Of a DNA stretch of 64,000 bases, positions 10,080 to 19,352 are shown in pieces. The stretch lies in IMG/VR virus record IMGVR_UViG_3300037047_000246; one strand, given 5' to 3'. The stretch comes from a virus (Duplodnaviria; Caudoviricetes). Position 1 is the first letter of the stretch. Every line of letters begins with the position of its first letter. The translations under genes were made by a program, and so were the position numbers. The notes below the pieces were generated by a model that saw only the letters and a list, made by a program, of their open reading frames with translations, was not told the DNA's origin and did no database searches.

Positions 10080-10336
10080 AGCGTCACCTTCACCCAAATG
10101 ACGGTCCGGTCTTCGTCTTCTTCCATGATGCCGTCCACCAGGACTTCCGCCGAATCCATGACCCGCACTTGCGGCGGAGGCATGCCTAACGGCACTCGCT
10201 TGCACCTGAACGCGTCGAGCAGAGTCCATACGATCCAGTCCTTAAACTCGTCCCGGGTCCGGGTGAAGAAGCCCTCCAAAGGAAGAATTCGCCCCGTCCA
10301 GCGAGCGGCCTCTGCTGCCAGCTCCGCGTCGGTCAT
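10076..10336 (-). CDS. Hypothetical protein
   Basis: 86 aa ORF coupled to purB and to the upstream gene. Confidence 0.6.
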   Translation of the reverse strand: MTDAELAAEAARWTGRILPLEGFFTRTRDEFKDWIVWTLLDAFRCKRVPLGMPPPQVRVMDSAEVLVDGIMEEDEDRTVIWVKVTL

Positions 10337-10647
10337 CGACCTGGAGGTTTCAGAGGCCGGTTCAAACTGTACGGGAACTCCAGCGGTTTGCCCTCAGGAA
10401 TTTTGCCTGAGCTCCACAAATTTTTGGCTTTTCTGTCCAGGTCCACGTCCAGCCTTTTGCATGCTTCGTCCACCTTGGACTTTTGCGCAGCCGTTAATGG
10501 CTTACCCTGGTCTAGCTTGTCTCGCATGCTAGCAAAAGCTTTCTTCTCCCATTCATCAAGGGCTTCATATTCGAGGATGGTGCTTAGAGTTGCAAGATCG
10601 TCTTTGATGCTCATGCAGTCAAATTTCCATAATAAGCGCCACGGCAA
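10333..10647 (-). CDS. Hypothetical protein
   Basis: Likely start MSIKDDL; protein-like composition. Confidence 0.7.
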   Translation of the reverse strand: MPWRLLWKFDCMSIKDDLATLSTILEYEALDEWEKKAFASMRDKLDQGKPLTAAQKSKVDEACKRLDVDLDRKAKNLWSSGKIPEGKPLEFPYSLNRPLKPPGR

Positions 10648-10960
10648 GATAGTCCGTGATTTGTTTCACAGACTGTCGCCACTGCCGCGCCGCTGAAGAG
10701 TATTCCAGTTCAAGCGTATACCTACGCGCCAGCATGTCTATTTCTTCGATCTTGCCCACCTGGCCGCAAATGGCGTTGTGCACGCCGCAGGCCACGCGAA
10801 ACATGATGCGCTGCACTATCTCTGCGGGCGAATCTGACAGCATCAGCCACATGCCGTCGCATTGGCAGTACAGCGGCCCCACCCCGATTGCAATCTTGAT
10901 TCTCCGGTCGTCCTCGATGTGCAAATATGGCGTCACGTCATAAAGAGGCGGAAAAATCAT
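10619..10960 (-). CDS. Hypothetical protein with tag (VALIMEI)
   Basis: ATGA overlap with the upstream gene. Confidence 0.6.
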   Translation of the reverse strand: MIFPPLYDVTPYLHIEDDRRIKIAIGVGPLYCQCDGMWLMLSDSPAEIVQRIMFRVACGVHNAICGQVGKIEEIDMLARRYTLELEYSSAARQWRQSVKQITDYLAVALIMEI

Positions 10961-11370
10961 GACTCCATCACATCGCGCAGATGCTGATAGTCCCGCGTCA
11001 GCGAAGCCAAGTCCGCATCCATCGTATGGCACGGCGTCGGGGACACTCGGGACCATTTTATTGTCACACAGTCCCCGCTGCAGCCGCGAGTTATGGAAAT
11101 ACTGTACTCGAACACAGCGCCTGAAATTTTCATCTCAGACATCACACTGTCCACCAGCCAGTACTGCCTGTCTTTCTCACTCCTGCCTACATCTTTGGAT
11201 GATAAAGCAGATACTATCTTTGCTCGTATTACATCTACATACTGGACGGTGTAAGCTGGCATGAACTGTTTTACTTGGCCGGACTTCGCATTTGCGCGAA
11301 ACTGTATCAGTTGTGCTGCGAGCACGAGCTGCGCGTTTCGCGGCAGTCTGCCTGATATTGCAAAATACAC
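10957..11370 (-). CDS. Hypothetical protein with tag (LRDVMES); start uncertain
   Basis: Track ORF; ends ...YQHLRDVMES*. Confidence 0.55.
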   Translation of the reverse strand: MYFAISGRLPRNAQLVLAAQLIQFRANAKSGQVKQFMPAYTVQYVDVIRAKIVSALSSKDVGRSEKDRQYWLVDSVMSEMKISGAVFEYSISITRGCSGDCVTIKWSRVSPTPCHTMDADLASLTRDYQHLRDVMES

Positions 11371-12143
11371 CTTCTCATCTTCAGTGCAGCACGATCGCCG
11401 ATCTGTTTGGCTCTTTGCTTTGTGACCCCTATCTTTTTGCCGGCCTCAGCCAAACTCTCTGAAGACATGATCGAGCGAATAACCGTGGCTTCGCGGTCTG
11501 TGAGCGAAGCCATTGCGCTTCTAAGCCACAGCTGGGCGAAGTCCCTGTTTTCTTTGGCTATGCACTGTTCCTCGGGATCGGCGTCGTAGTTCCTTATGCG
11601 GTCGCCCAGAGTCTCTTCCCCATCTTGCCCCACCGGAGCGTCCATGGAAGTTGCGTACGACCTGGATGCGTCCAGAAGTTCGTCAAGCTTGGCAGAATTC
11701 ATATCCAGACGGTCTTGCACGGCGACTCTCACGCTGTCGTCCCAGGCACCCTTGCCGGACATGGCATACTGCCGGCACAACTCTCTTTTGAAATGCGTCA
11801 TGTTCGGGAAGTCTGACAACAGCCTGCAGCTTTGCTTTATATGCTGCATCATTGCAGACCGGATCCACCAAGCAGCGTAGGTGCAAAACTTCATGCCCCT
11901 GGATGGGTCATATCTGTTGGCTGCAATCCAGGCTCCGAGCAGACCAGCTCCGACCAGGTCATCTCTGTCTGCGCTGGATCTGGCGTACGCCGACGCCATG
12001 AACAAAACCAATTTTAAGTTACCGTGCACGAGCTTGGCCGCGGACCAATAGTCTCCCGCTTTGGCCGCCCTAATGAGTTCGGCTTCATCATCCTGAGACA
12101 TAACATCAGGCACGTGCCATTTCCATCCGCATTCATTGCTCAT
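11307..12143 (-). CDS. Phage-encoded RNA polymerase sigma70-family factor (RpoH/RpoD-like, no region 1.1)
   Basis: Region 2 (DLVGAGLLGAWIAANRYDPSRGMKFCTYAAWWIRSAM), region 3.2 (SMDAPVGQDGEETLGD) and region 4 HTH (LTDREATVI...LAEAGKKIGVTKQRAKQI). Confidence 0.93.
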   Translation of the reverse strand: MSNECGWKWHVPDVMSQDDEAELIRAAKAGDYWSAAKLVHGNLKLVLFMASAYARSSADRDDLVGAGLLGAWIAANRYDPSRGMKFCTYAAWWIRSAMMQHIKQSCRLLSDFPNMTHFKRELCRQYAMSGKGAWDDSVRVAVQDRLDMNSAKLDELLDASRSYATSMDAPVGQDGEETLGDRIRNYDADPEEQCIAKENRDFAQLWLRSAMASLTDREATVIRSIMSSESLAEAGKKIGVTKQRAKQIGDRAALKMRRCILQYQADCRETRSSCSQHN

Positions 12144-12286
12144 CTAAAGTATAAGCCCTGTTGGCTCCTCCACTTCCGTCACACCGCAGCGCTCATGAAA
12201 ACTCAAGACGCTACCGGCTCGCAACTTTTGTGCAGAAAACCTTGCGCTTCGACGTGCAAGATGCGCGGCAGTTCGCCGCTGGCAGG

Positions 12287-13585
12287 TCACGCCCTGTCGA
12301 GATATTGAAAAACCATGTTGAAAGTGGCTTCCACGTCCATGGCGCCAATATCAACGAGCTTCTGGCACGAGGCGAACAGCTCCCTGAGCTGCGCCTTGAT
12401 CAAGGCGACATCTTTTGGCTGGGAGGACTGAACGTCGGCCAAGCGCTTCTTCAGCACTTCGTTTTCCTCCATGTAAATGCGCGCGAGCTCGGCGTCGTCC
12501 ACCACCTGAATTTTAGCCAGCGGCTTGGCGGCGGTCCTGGCGGCGGCCCTGTTCGATGCCGTTTCTGCGGTCTTGCCTCGACGGATCTTTTTCGGCGCAG
12601 GCCCGTGACGTCGAACCCTGTCGTACCACGCCTTGTATCCGATTGGCGCGCGTGGCGAAATTGCAATGGAAGCCATGAACTTCGACAACTGGTCCGGGTC
12701 TTGAGGCCCGTCTTCTTCCTTCCAGTATTTGCGAATTTCCGGAAAGATGTCCTTGTACGGCACGCCTTTGTCGCGCAGGCTCGTGACTTTGCGCACAAAC
12801 CTGTCCAGATTTTTGTCGCTCAAAGCGCGAAGGAACATGGGGCGCTTGCCGCGCCGGTCTGCGACCTCAGCTGCGGCCTCTACAGGTTCAGGCTCCTCCT
12901 GAACGTCCGCGTCGCTCGCCGGACGCCCGGCTTCAATCCAATCTTTGTAAAACTCTGGACAATTCGAGCGCCTGTAAATGTTGTCAAGATACGAGCGCAG
13001 CTGCTTGCCGCTCTCAAGCGTCCCTGACTTCCAGTACTGTTGCAGCTCCGGCACCATGTCGTCGTATGAGGTGCCATGGCCGTGCATCTTGATCATATGG
13101 CGAAGCATGTGCTCCACCAGTTCATTCGGCACTGATTTGACTGCGTTCGATGGCATGTTTTCGTCTCCAGTATTCGAGTCTGGCGGCGCACTGGCCGGTG
13201 TCTCGCTTGAATTTACAACCGTTGCTACAACTTCTGCTGCAGCTATTGTAGCAGCCGTGTCGATGTGTGTTCCAACCGCTGGGGCACTTCTGACTTCTGA
13301 CTGAACGCTGGGGAGTCTGTCTCCCCACAGTGCCGACTTGCGGCTGATGCAAATCAGCGGCAGATTGGCGCGCTCAGCAAAATTTTTCACAGCATCATTT
13401 TCGCCGTGACTTGAAAGCTCGTGCATGAACAGCACTGTGGCAACATCAGGCACAGGAGTCGTGATGGATGAGGCGGCTCTGGGCGACAAGACTCTATCCA
13501 CCGACACACCTCGAGTCTTCAGCTTGGGAATGACTGAATCTTGAAGGAACCTGTCGGGGAAATTACTGAACAACAGCGCCCGCAT
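12287..13585 (-). CDS. DUF2325-like N-terminal domain plus two internal ~55 aa repeats
   Basis: VLFMHELSSHGENDAVKNFAERANLPLICIS; repeats GTSYDDMVPELQQYWK...FYKDW and GVPYKDIFPEIRKYWK...GYKAW. Confidence 0.7.
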   Translation of the reverse strand: MRALLFSNFPDRFLQDSVIPKLKTRGVSVDRVLSPRAASSITTPVPDVATVLFMHELSSHGENDAVKNFAERANLPLICISRKSALWGDRLPSVQSEVRSAPAVGTHIDTAATIAAAEVVATVVNSSETPASAPPDSNTGDENMPSNAVKSVPNELVEHMLRHMIKMHGHGTSYDDMVPELQQYWKSGTLESGKQLRSYLDNIYRRSNCPEFYKDWIEAGRPASDADVQEEPEPVEAAAEVADRRGKRPMFLRALSDKNLDRFVRKVTSLRDKGVPYKDIFPEIRKYWKEEDGPQDPDQLSKFMASIAISPRAPIGYKAWYDRVRRHGPAPKKIRRGKTAETASNRAAARTAAKPLAKIQVVDDAELARIYMEENEVLKKRLADVQSSQPKDVALIKAQLRELFASCQKLVDIGAMDVEATFNMVFQYLDRA

Positions 13586-14037
13586 GTCGTCACCCTCCTG
13601 CAGATCTGGGTTTGCATCCTGGACCGCTCTTGCCAGCACAAACGGCACAGAGTGCGGTCCGCGTCTCATCTGCCAATAAATTACGTTTGGGACCTGCAGA
13701 TTTACGGCAGGGTGAAATTTGAACGCTTCAGGATTGTCGACACTGCTGCAACTTGCCTTAGCGGTCCAGCAGCGGAGGGCGTCCGGCGCAGTGTGGCCGA
13801 ACTATCCTCCCAGAAGCCCAAATCACGGTCTGAACGTGTGCCTTGCTGCTTGCTCTAGCCGCTCCGCCGCTTCGTCAGCTCTGATTTTTGCTGTTTCGCC
13901 GAGCTCCCTGATGCGAGCCAACGTGCCCAGCGCAGCTTCCGCAAACTCGCCAACCTGCGAGCAGGCTTGTGCTGGTCCAGTCACGGTTCCAATAGCCAAC
14001 GCAGCACTGCGCAAATTATGCAGGACTTCAGAGTCTG

Positions 14038-14394
14038 TCATTTCGCATCTCCGACCGGGGGCTTGTAGCTTGTCTTCAGGAACCTCGGCAATAGAGGCTT
14101 GCATGCCGCGTCCAGTTCGCACAATAGCTGAGCAAGTTGCTGATCAAAATCCGGCACTTCGTCTGGATGATCGAACAAATGGCCTATCTTCTTTGCTGCA
14201 GCCTTGACTTTTTCCAGTGCGTCGAGGTCGCCTGCAGCGTGGCCTGACAATCGCGGCTCCATGGGGTGCAGCACATCGTCCCACCACATCACGCGATCGT
14301 TGCCGCACAGGCCCTCGTGCCCCGTTTCTTTCTGGCACGTCGTCCCGGGCCTGATTGTGCTGACAGTTCCGCAAGTGTTCACTTCACGTTCCAT
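14038..14394 (-). CDS. Hypothetical protein with a Cys/His motif
   Basis: TCQKETGHEGLCG motif. Confidence 0.55.
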   Translation of the reverse strand: MEREVNTCGTVSTIRPGTTCQKETGHEGLCGNDRVMWWDDVLHPMEPRLSGHAAGDLDALEKVKAAAKKIGHLFDHPDEVPDFDQQLAQLLCELDAACKPLLPRFLKTSYKPPVGDAK

Positions 14395-14422
14395 TCCACC
14401 AGTTCGTGTTTCGCCGCCGAGG

Positions 14423-14914
14423 TCAGCGTACGTCGTCCAGTGCTCCGAGCTCCTCTTGTATCGCCAACTCTATGCCGGCGGCCTGCTCTTGCGGCAAAAC
14501 GTCAGCAAGTATCTTGGCCCTAGCCAGCAAATGCGCTCTTTCTTGAATCACTGCAGACACCACGCTCACCGCCATGAACGACGTCAGTTCTTCTGTCATC
14601 TCGTCGGGAAGTTTCTTGAGGTCAGGGAAAGCTTCGCGAGCCGATCTGAGACCAGCGTCCACAAGCGCAGTGGCCAAATTTCTCATTTGTCCAGATCTGC
14701 TGATTTTGGCCGCGTACTCGTCTACATGAACATCGTAGCAGTCGTCCGAGCCGTCCGAGCCGCGGTCTGCGCATGCAACATCTGACGCGGAATGAAAAAC
14801 CTCGTCCACTTGGGCCAGATGGTCCGAGCACAAACGGACTCCGGGGGCCGCACATTTGCCGCAGTCTTTGATGGCGCAGTCTGACGTCATGGAACACGAT
14901 ACCTGATGCTGCAA
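14423..14914 (-). CDS. Hypothetical protein with an N-terminal zinc finger
   Basis: CAIKDCGKCAAPGVRLCSDH. Confidence 0.6.
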   Translation of the reverse strand: MQHQVSCSMTSDCAIKDCGKCAAPGVRLCSDHLAQVDEVFHSASDVACADRGSDGSDDCYDVHVDEYAAKISRSGQMRNLATALVDAGLRSAREAFPDLKKLPDEMTEELTSFMAVSVVSAVIQERAHLLARAKILADVLPQEQAAGIELAIQEELGALDDVR

Positions 14915-14929
14915 GCTTTAGGTATGCTG

Positions 14930-15436
14930 TCAGCCGTCGACAGGGTTCTTGATCCAGTCTCGCTTTGACACGACCGAATCCCAGGTTTGCTTTGCCGCTT
15001 GCACCACGTCAACCCCGGAAATGACTCGCAACAAGGCGAATAGTCTAGCCAGTGCCTGGCGTCCCTCTGTCTGCCAGTCTTCGTCTGTCCGAACCGCCTG
15101 CGTCTGCTTCAAATGCGCATGGCACAGGCGCCCAAGATTGATCAGCACAGCGGTCTCTGGCTTCTGCGATTCAGCATAACTTACGGCGCTGCTGGAGCTG
15201 GACTCGCGCCAAATGTCGCCAAGATGCCACCCCATCGAGGTGCAGTAGTCTGCCGCAAATATGACAACGTCGGCTACAGCGTCCACCCTATCTTCGTCGC
15301 TGGCCGCAGCAGCGAACTCTCCAAACTCTTCTACAAGACCGAGAAGCGGATGCCACGGCTTATGACCGGGAAAATTGCGGTCTATCCATGGTTTTTGAGC
15401 CAACTGCAGTCCCTGCAAAACTTCCGTCTCGGTCAT
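14930..15436 (-). CDS. MazG-like all-alpha NTP pyrophosphohydrolase
   Basis: LLGLVEEFGEFA...DAVADVVIFAADY (EExxE...DxxxD), with a degenerate second copy in the C-terminal half. Confidence 0.75.
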   Translation of the reverse strand: MTETEVLQGLQLAQKPWIDRNFPGHKPWHPLLGLVEEFGEFAAAASDEDRVDAVADVVIFAADYCTSMGWHLGDIWRESSSSSAVSYAESQKPETAVLINLGRLCHAHLKQTQAVRTDEDWQTEGRQALARLFALLRVISGVDVVQAAKQTWDSVVSKRDWIKNPVDG

Positions 15437-15592
15437 ACTCGACCGATGTTACAAAAGTTCCACTTTGTTGGACGCTCGGCGCCGTAGATGCCTCAATTAA
15501 GCTGGAACAGTCTTTGACTGGGAGCCATACAGCGTCGCCGTCGAGGCTTCACGTGCACCCTCAGGCTCCAATTTTAGTGAGAGCTAGCGCCC

Positions 15593-15976
15593 TCATTCGC
15601 ACATTACATGCAACACGTTGCGCTCGAGCATGGACCGAAGAATGTTGGCAAACCACCTTTTTACGGACTTGGTGTGAAATAGATGAAACGGTCGCTCGTG
15701 TCTGCATGCAGGCAGGAATACTCCATCTGTAGTCCACCCGGCGAAGAGATCGTGTACGCTGGGAGCAGACTCCTCCACACTGACCCACACCGTAGAATGG
15801 CGAATTTTCACAACGACGCGAGCTACTTTGGATCGGTTAAGCTTCAGGTCAAATGTGGTACAAGACTTTTTCCGGATCCCAAAACTGGAATCCGAAGCCA
15901 TATTTTTGACGACGTCGGCAATCTCCGAGCGCAGCTTGCGCAGAGCATGCGATTTTCTAAAGAGTTTTGTGCTCAT
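15593..15976 (-). CDS. Hypothetical protein with tag (VLHVMCE)
   Basis: Track ORF; C-terminal motif. Confidence 0.6.
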   Translation of the reverse strand: MSTKLFRKSHALRKLRSEIADVVKNMASDSSFGIRKKSCTTFDLKLNRSKVARVVVKIRHSTVWVSVEESAPSVHDLFAGWTTDGVFLPACRHERPFHLFHTKSVKRWFANILRSMLERNVLHVMCE

Positions 15977-16021
15977 GACTCCACGGCGCCACGTGCCACG
16001 TGCCGTTGCTGATGCGAGCCG

Positions 16022-16210
16022 CTAGTCCAAGTCCTCTTCGTGCAAATATTTTTCGTGCAGTCCGCCTGTGTGCTGTACCGTGGCCGACCCAGGCAGATCG
16101 GCGAACGATTTCTTGTCTTCAGACGAACAAACCACGCACGTTTTGGCGCGCGGCAGAGCGTCAAGGCGCCTTTGCGGTATGGGCTCGCCGCACGATACGC
16201 ACGATTTCAT
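16022..16210 (-). CDS. TraR/DksA-type C4 zinc-finger protein
   Basis: CVSCGEPIPQRRLDALPRAKTCVVC matches the DksA/TraR finger pattern. Confidence 0.85.
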   Translation of the reverse strand: MKSCVSCGEPIPQRRLDALPRAKTCVVCSSEDKKSFADLPGSATVQHTGGLHEKYLHEEDLD

Positions 16211-16254
16211 GCCAAGCCGAATTGTGCCATGTGGAGCACACTACCCGAGGTGAG

Positions 16255-16731
16255 CTAGACTGTCAGTTTGTTTGCCGGGTATACGAACTCGTACACCGCT
16301 GTGTTGCCGTCCACCTTGCCAGGCCGCCACGCGACGTAGGCTTCCAACCCGTCTTGCTCGCGCATTTCGAACACCGGAGGCAGGTTCGCCATGAACTCGG
16401 CTGACAGCTCAGCCATTTGCTCTGGCGCCATTTGTTCGCCTGCCGCAGGCGAAAACGAGAAAGTCACGGTCACATCTGGACCGAGCACCTCTTCGATGCC
16501 AATGCTGGAGTCTTGTCCTCTACTGCCCCAGTACTCGTACTGGCCTATGCCTTGGTCCACCACCCGAACGTTGACTTCCAGATCGCTGAAAATGACGTCT
16601 CGCATCTCGTCGACAAGAGCGTCGTCGTCCCAACCGTCTCCATTCAGCTCGTATGCAAATTCGGCAGCGACTGGGCTTGGTTGCCCAGTGTAGGCAGAGA
16701 TTCTTTTGGCAATGGCAGCAGTCTTGTCCAT
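16255..16731 (-). CDS. Acidic hypothetical protein
   Basis: Start at MDKTAAIAKRIS after GGAGG; contains GIGQYEYWGSRG. Confidence 0.7.
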   Translation of the reverse strand: MDKTAAIAKRISAYTGQPSPVAAEFAYELNGDGWDDDALVDEMRDVIFSDLEVNVRVVDQGIGQYEYWGSRGQDSSIGIEEVLGPDVTVTFSFSPAAGEQMAPEQMAELSAEFMANLPPVFEMREQDGLEAYVAWRPGKVDGNTAVYEFVYPANKLTV

Positions 16732-16987
16732 ATCCAGCCTCCAAAATTGAAGATTTAGGAGTCGTGAACTTCTCGCAAGCGAACATTTCATGCTGATGCA
16801 AAGAACTTCGTCTTCTGCCCATCGTGGTGTGCGGTGCCGTGGCCGCAGCGCATGATGCACCTGGCTCCACCCCACACGGCCGCGTTGGCTTCGCACCGCA
16901 CTGCGTCGGATTCGGCGCGGATTCGCTCGAAGTATCCTTCCACCGAACGCTGGTATGCTTCCACTGTCTGGGCCCACTCGTCGGCAA

Positions 16988-17260
16988 TCACGCCAAGTCC
17001 ACTTGAATCATCGCTTGTGCGGCGTCCCATTGGGTCCTGACGATCTCTACGACGCTGGCGAATTGTCCCAGACAAAGTGAGGTCGCGTGCAGCCGGCACC
17101 TGGCCGCCACGTACGTCGTGCTCCCACAGTTGACAAGGAACCAGTGCCTGGCTTCGCATCCGCATGGTCCATCCTCCGGATTGCCATTCCAGTTGTCGCA
17201 CTCGTCGGGCGACGGATCCCGAGTCGTCTCACACTTGTCGTTCCACTCATTCAAATTCAC
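16988..17260 (-). CDS. Zinc-finger family A member with a variant tag (MIQVDLA)
   Basis: PCGCEARHWF...ARCRLH...VEIVRTQWD; GTG start overlaps the upstream stop. Confidence 0.55.
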   Translation of the reverse strand: MNLNEWNDKCETTRDPSPDECDNWNGNPEDGPCGCEARHWFLVNCGSTTYVAARCRLHATSLCLGQFASVVEIVRTQWDAAQAMIQVDLA

Positions 17261-17436
17261 TGCCTTGAGGCCATCCCGCGCTCCTTCTTCTTGCGGCGAG
17301 TCATCAGCCACCACACAAGCTTCGCCACCTGCCTGTCCGACATCCCATCCGTCCGCAGGCGCAGCCATCCCGCCAGCCGGCGCAAACCCACCAGGTTCAG
17401 ACGCTTGGCCTGGTTCAACTCCGATTTGGTCACCAT
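17257..17436 (-). CDS. 59 aa basic micro-protein, below the track cutoff
   Basis: MVTKSELNQAKRLNLVGLRRLAGWLRLRTDGMSDRQVAKLVWWLMTRRKKKERGMASRQ*, coupled at both ends. Confidence 0.6.
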   Translation of the reverse strand: MVTKSELNQAKRLNLVGLRRLAGWLRLRTDGMSDRQVAKLVWWLMTRRKKKERGMASRQ

Positions 17437-17951
17437 CAGGATGCATGAACCCCCGACACGACAACTTCATTGAACACTGTCTGAACATCTTCTGGCGTCA
17501 AGCCTTCGCGCATTGCCTCCGCCATCTGGTCACGCAGCCGGCGGTTAGCTCTGAAGCGAATTTTGGCGTGCAAATCTCTCGAAACGGCATCCCACACAAT
17601 TCCAGCAAAACTGGTCAGCGTGGGCCAGCGGCCGATAAGCTGGTCGCTGGCCAGGCCACTACTCGCCACCCAATCATTGTCAGTCCATGCGAGTGCCAAG
17701 AATTCCAAAATCCGCGCCTTCGGCCTATGCGCGTCGATAATCCCGCCGCTGATTGGCAAATTTCTGCCGCCGCTTGAGCAGCGATATGCGGCGAACTTCA
17801 TCATCACCAACCTAGATTCCAAGTCGAACTCGACGTCATGTACGTCGATACGAGCTTTGGCGCCGCCGTACAGACGATGGACTAGGTTGCACCTGTCGGT
17901 CAGCACCAGGGATGACTCAATGTCATCCAAGACTGCCTTGAGCTTCATCAT
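17436..17951 (-). CDS. Hypothetical protein with helical tag (VSGVHAS)
   Basis: ...AMREGLTPEDVQTVFNEVVVSGVHAS*. Confidence 0.7.
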   Translation of the reverse strand: MMKLKAVLDDIESSLVLTDRCNLVHRLYGGAKARIDVHDVEFDLESRLVMMKFAAYRCSSGGRNLPISGGIIDAHRPKARILEFLALAWTDNDWVASSGLASDQLIGRWPTLTSFAGIVWDAVSRDLHAKIRFRANRRLRDQMAEAMREGLTPEDVQTVFNEVVVSGVHAS

Positions 17952-17965
17952 GTCGACCGTTACTT

Positions 17966-18196
17966 TTATGAATTTTGGACTTCCTCAATTATCAGCTCGT
18001 CCAAGGTCTTCTCAACTATCGGATAGCCTTTATTGACCCAGTTGGCCACAACCTCCAATGTCATTGCAGCAGCATGCTTGCGACACCTGGCCGATGTTCT
18101 TTTACCATCTCTGGACAGCATCTCGAACCACCGAGCAGCCGGCTTCCCGCACACTCCTCCTGCACCATCGCAGACCATCGGGATGCCCTTTTTCAT
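17966..18196 (-). CDS. Zinc-finger family A member with tag (IEEVQNS)
   Basis: VCDGAGGVCGKPAARWF...ARCRKH...EKTLDELIIEEVQNS*. Confidence 0.75.
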   Translation of the reverse strand: MKKGIPMVCDGAGGVCGKPAARWFEMLSRDGKRTSARCRKHAAAMTLEVVANWVNKGYPIVEKTLDELIIEEVQNS

Positions 18197-18394
18197 GGTA
18201 TGGTCCTTGCCAATTTTAGGACAAGTTTTAACAATTTTAGCATACAGTTGTAAGCACGTGCGGCGAAAATTTGCAAACGGGTCTGACTAAAATTTTGATC
18301 CTAACGCAATTTGCATGTTGCAACTGATTGGGGGATCAGTGCCATCATAATTCATCATGCAATGCCACTCTGGGTTACATGGCCATACATTAAC

Positions 18395-18937
18395 TCATGA
18401 TTCGTGAATGTGCATCACATCCAACATTGAGTCCACTTGTCGAGAAAACTCATCCCATTCTGGCCAATCTCGGTCCGGCACTTTGCTAGGACCCGACAGC
18501 AGCGATCGTTCGGACGGCAAAACTTTGCCAGAGCGCGGATCAACAGCGTCGCCCACTTCGGCACACGCCATATGCCATAGCCAACCCCGTTTTCTCGGAA
18601 TAAGCTTTGACTCAACTATGCCACTGCTGATTACACTGTCGACTATCCAGTCACCGCGCACGCGAGCAAATTGCCAAATGGGCGCTTCAGTTATCTGGTA
18701 GGGACGAAGCGGATCTGCCGACTGCAACCTTAGGAGCGCAGCCGTCTTGTCAGCAAAGGTCATGAAAAAGGTGGCTTCGCTGCCGCAGCATCGGACCAAA
18801 ATTTTCCAACAATCAAACGTCAGCTCGAGCATGGCGGACTGAGTCGAGGCCAAGTTCAAATTTTTGACTACCCTCAAGTTGACATTGGCACCGCCAACTG
18901 TCTCGTAAGCATGGAAGCCGGTTGCCCTTTTCATCAT
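18395..18937 (-). CDS. Hypothetical protein with tag (VMHIHES)
   Basis: 180 aa track ORF. Confidence 0.65.
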   Translation of the reverse strand: MMKRATGFHAYETVGGANVNLRVVKNLNLASTQSAMLELTFDCWKILVRCCGSEATFFMTFADKTAALLRLQSADPLRPYQITEAPIWQFARVRGDWIVDSVISSGIVESKLIPRKRGWLWHMACAEVGDAVDPRSGKVLPSERSLLSGPSKVPDRDWPEWDEFSRQVDSMLDVMHIHES

Positions 18938-18990
18938 CTCACTCCAGTTCGGCGCTGTTCTCTGACAACCCAGGCGCTTGCCCTAACGTC

Positions 18991-19332
18991 TCATTTCCTT
19001 CCAAGTGCTCTGCGCATCTCCAGGCGGTTCTCGCGTCCCACTGAGGCTTGTACCAACCCCACCCTTGCTCCACTGCATGCTGCGGATTTTCGCAGTTTCT
19101 CCTGCAGCTCCACACCACGCACCGAATCACTGTTTCTCTCATATTCAACACCAAGTTTGACTGCGCACCCGCCGCAAATGTAGTACAAATTCCCGTCGCC
19201 AGACGGGCAGCTATTGCGCACAAGCCACCCAGGAGGCGGCAGGTGCCAAAGCTTGCGCTTGACGAACGCAGTTTGCACGAACGCAGATGTGCGGCACTCG
19301 CAACATGCCACTCTTTCGGTTTTGGAACTCAT
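18991..19332 (-). CDS. CxxC zinc-ribbon hypothetical protein
   Basis: CCECRT...YICGGCA. Confidence 0.55.
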   Translation of the reverse strand: MSSKTERVACCECRTSAFVQTAFVKRKLWHLPPPGWLVRNSCPSGDGNLYYICGGCAVKLGVEYERNSDSVRGVELQEKLRKSAACSGARVGLVQASVGRENRLEMRRALGRK

Positions 19333-19352
19333 CGAGACAAATTACGCCTGAG

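Noticed and set aside
8778-10229. 483 aa PurB start given in the ORF track
   Set aside because: The N-terminal 50 aa overlap the upstream gene and read like out-of-frame sequence; the GTG at 10079 has an SD and gives the canonical length.
8778-15436. A Z-base (2-aminoadenine) biosynthesis cluster
   Set aside because: No purZ, datZ or dedicated polymerase is visible in this window; mentioned only as a testable possibility.
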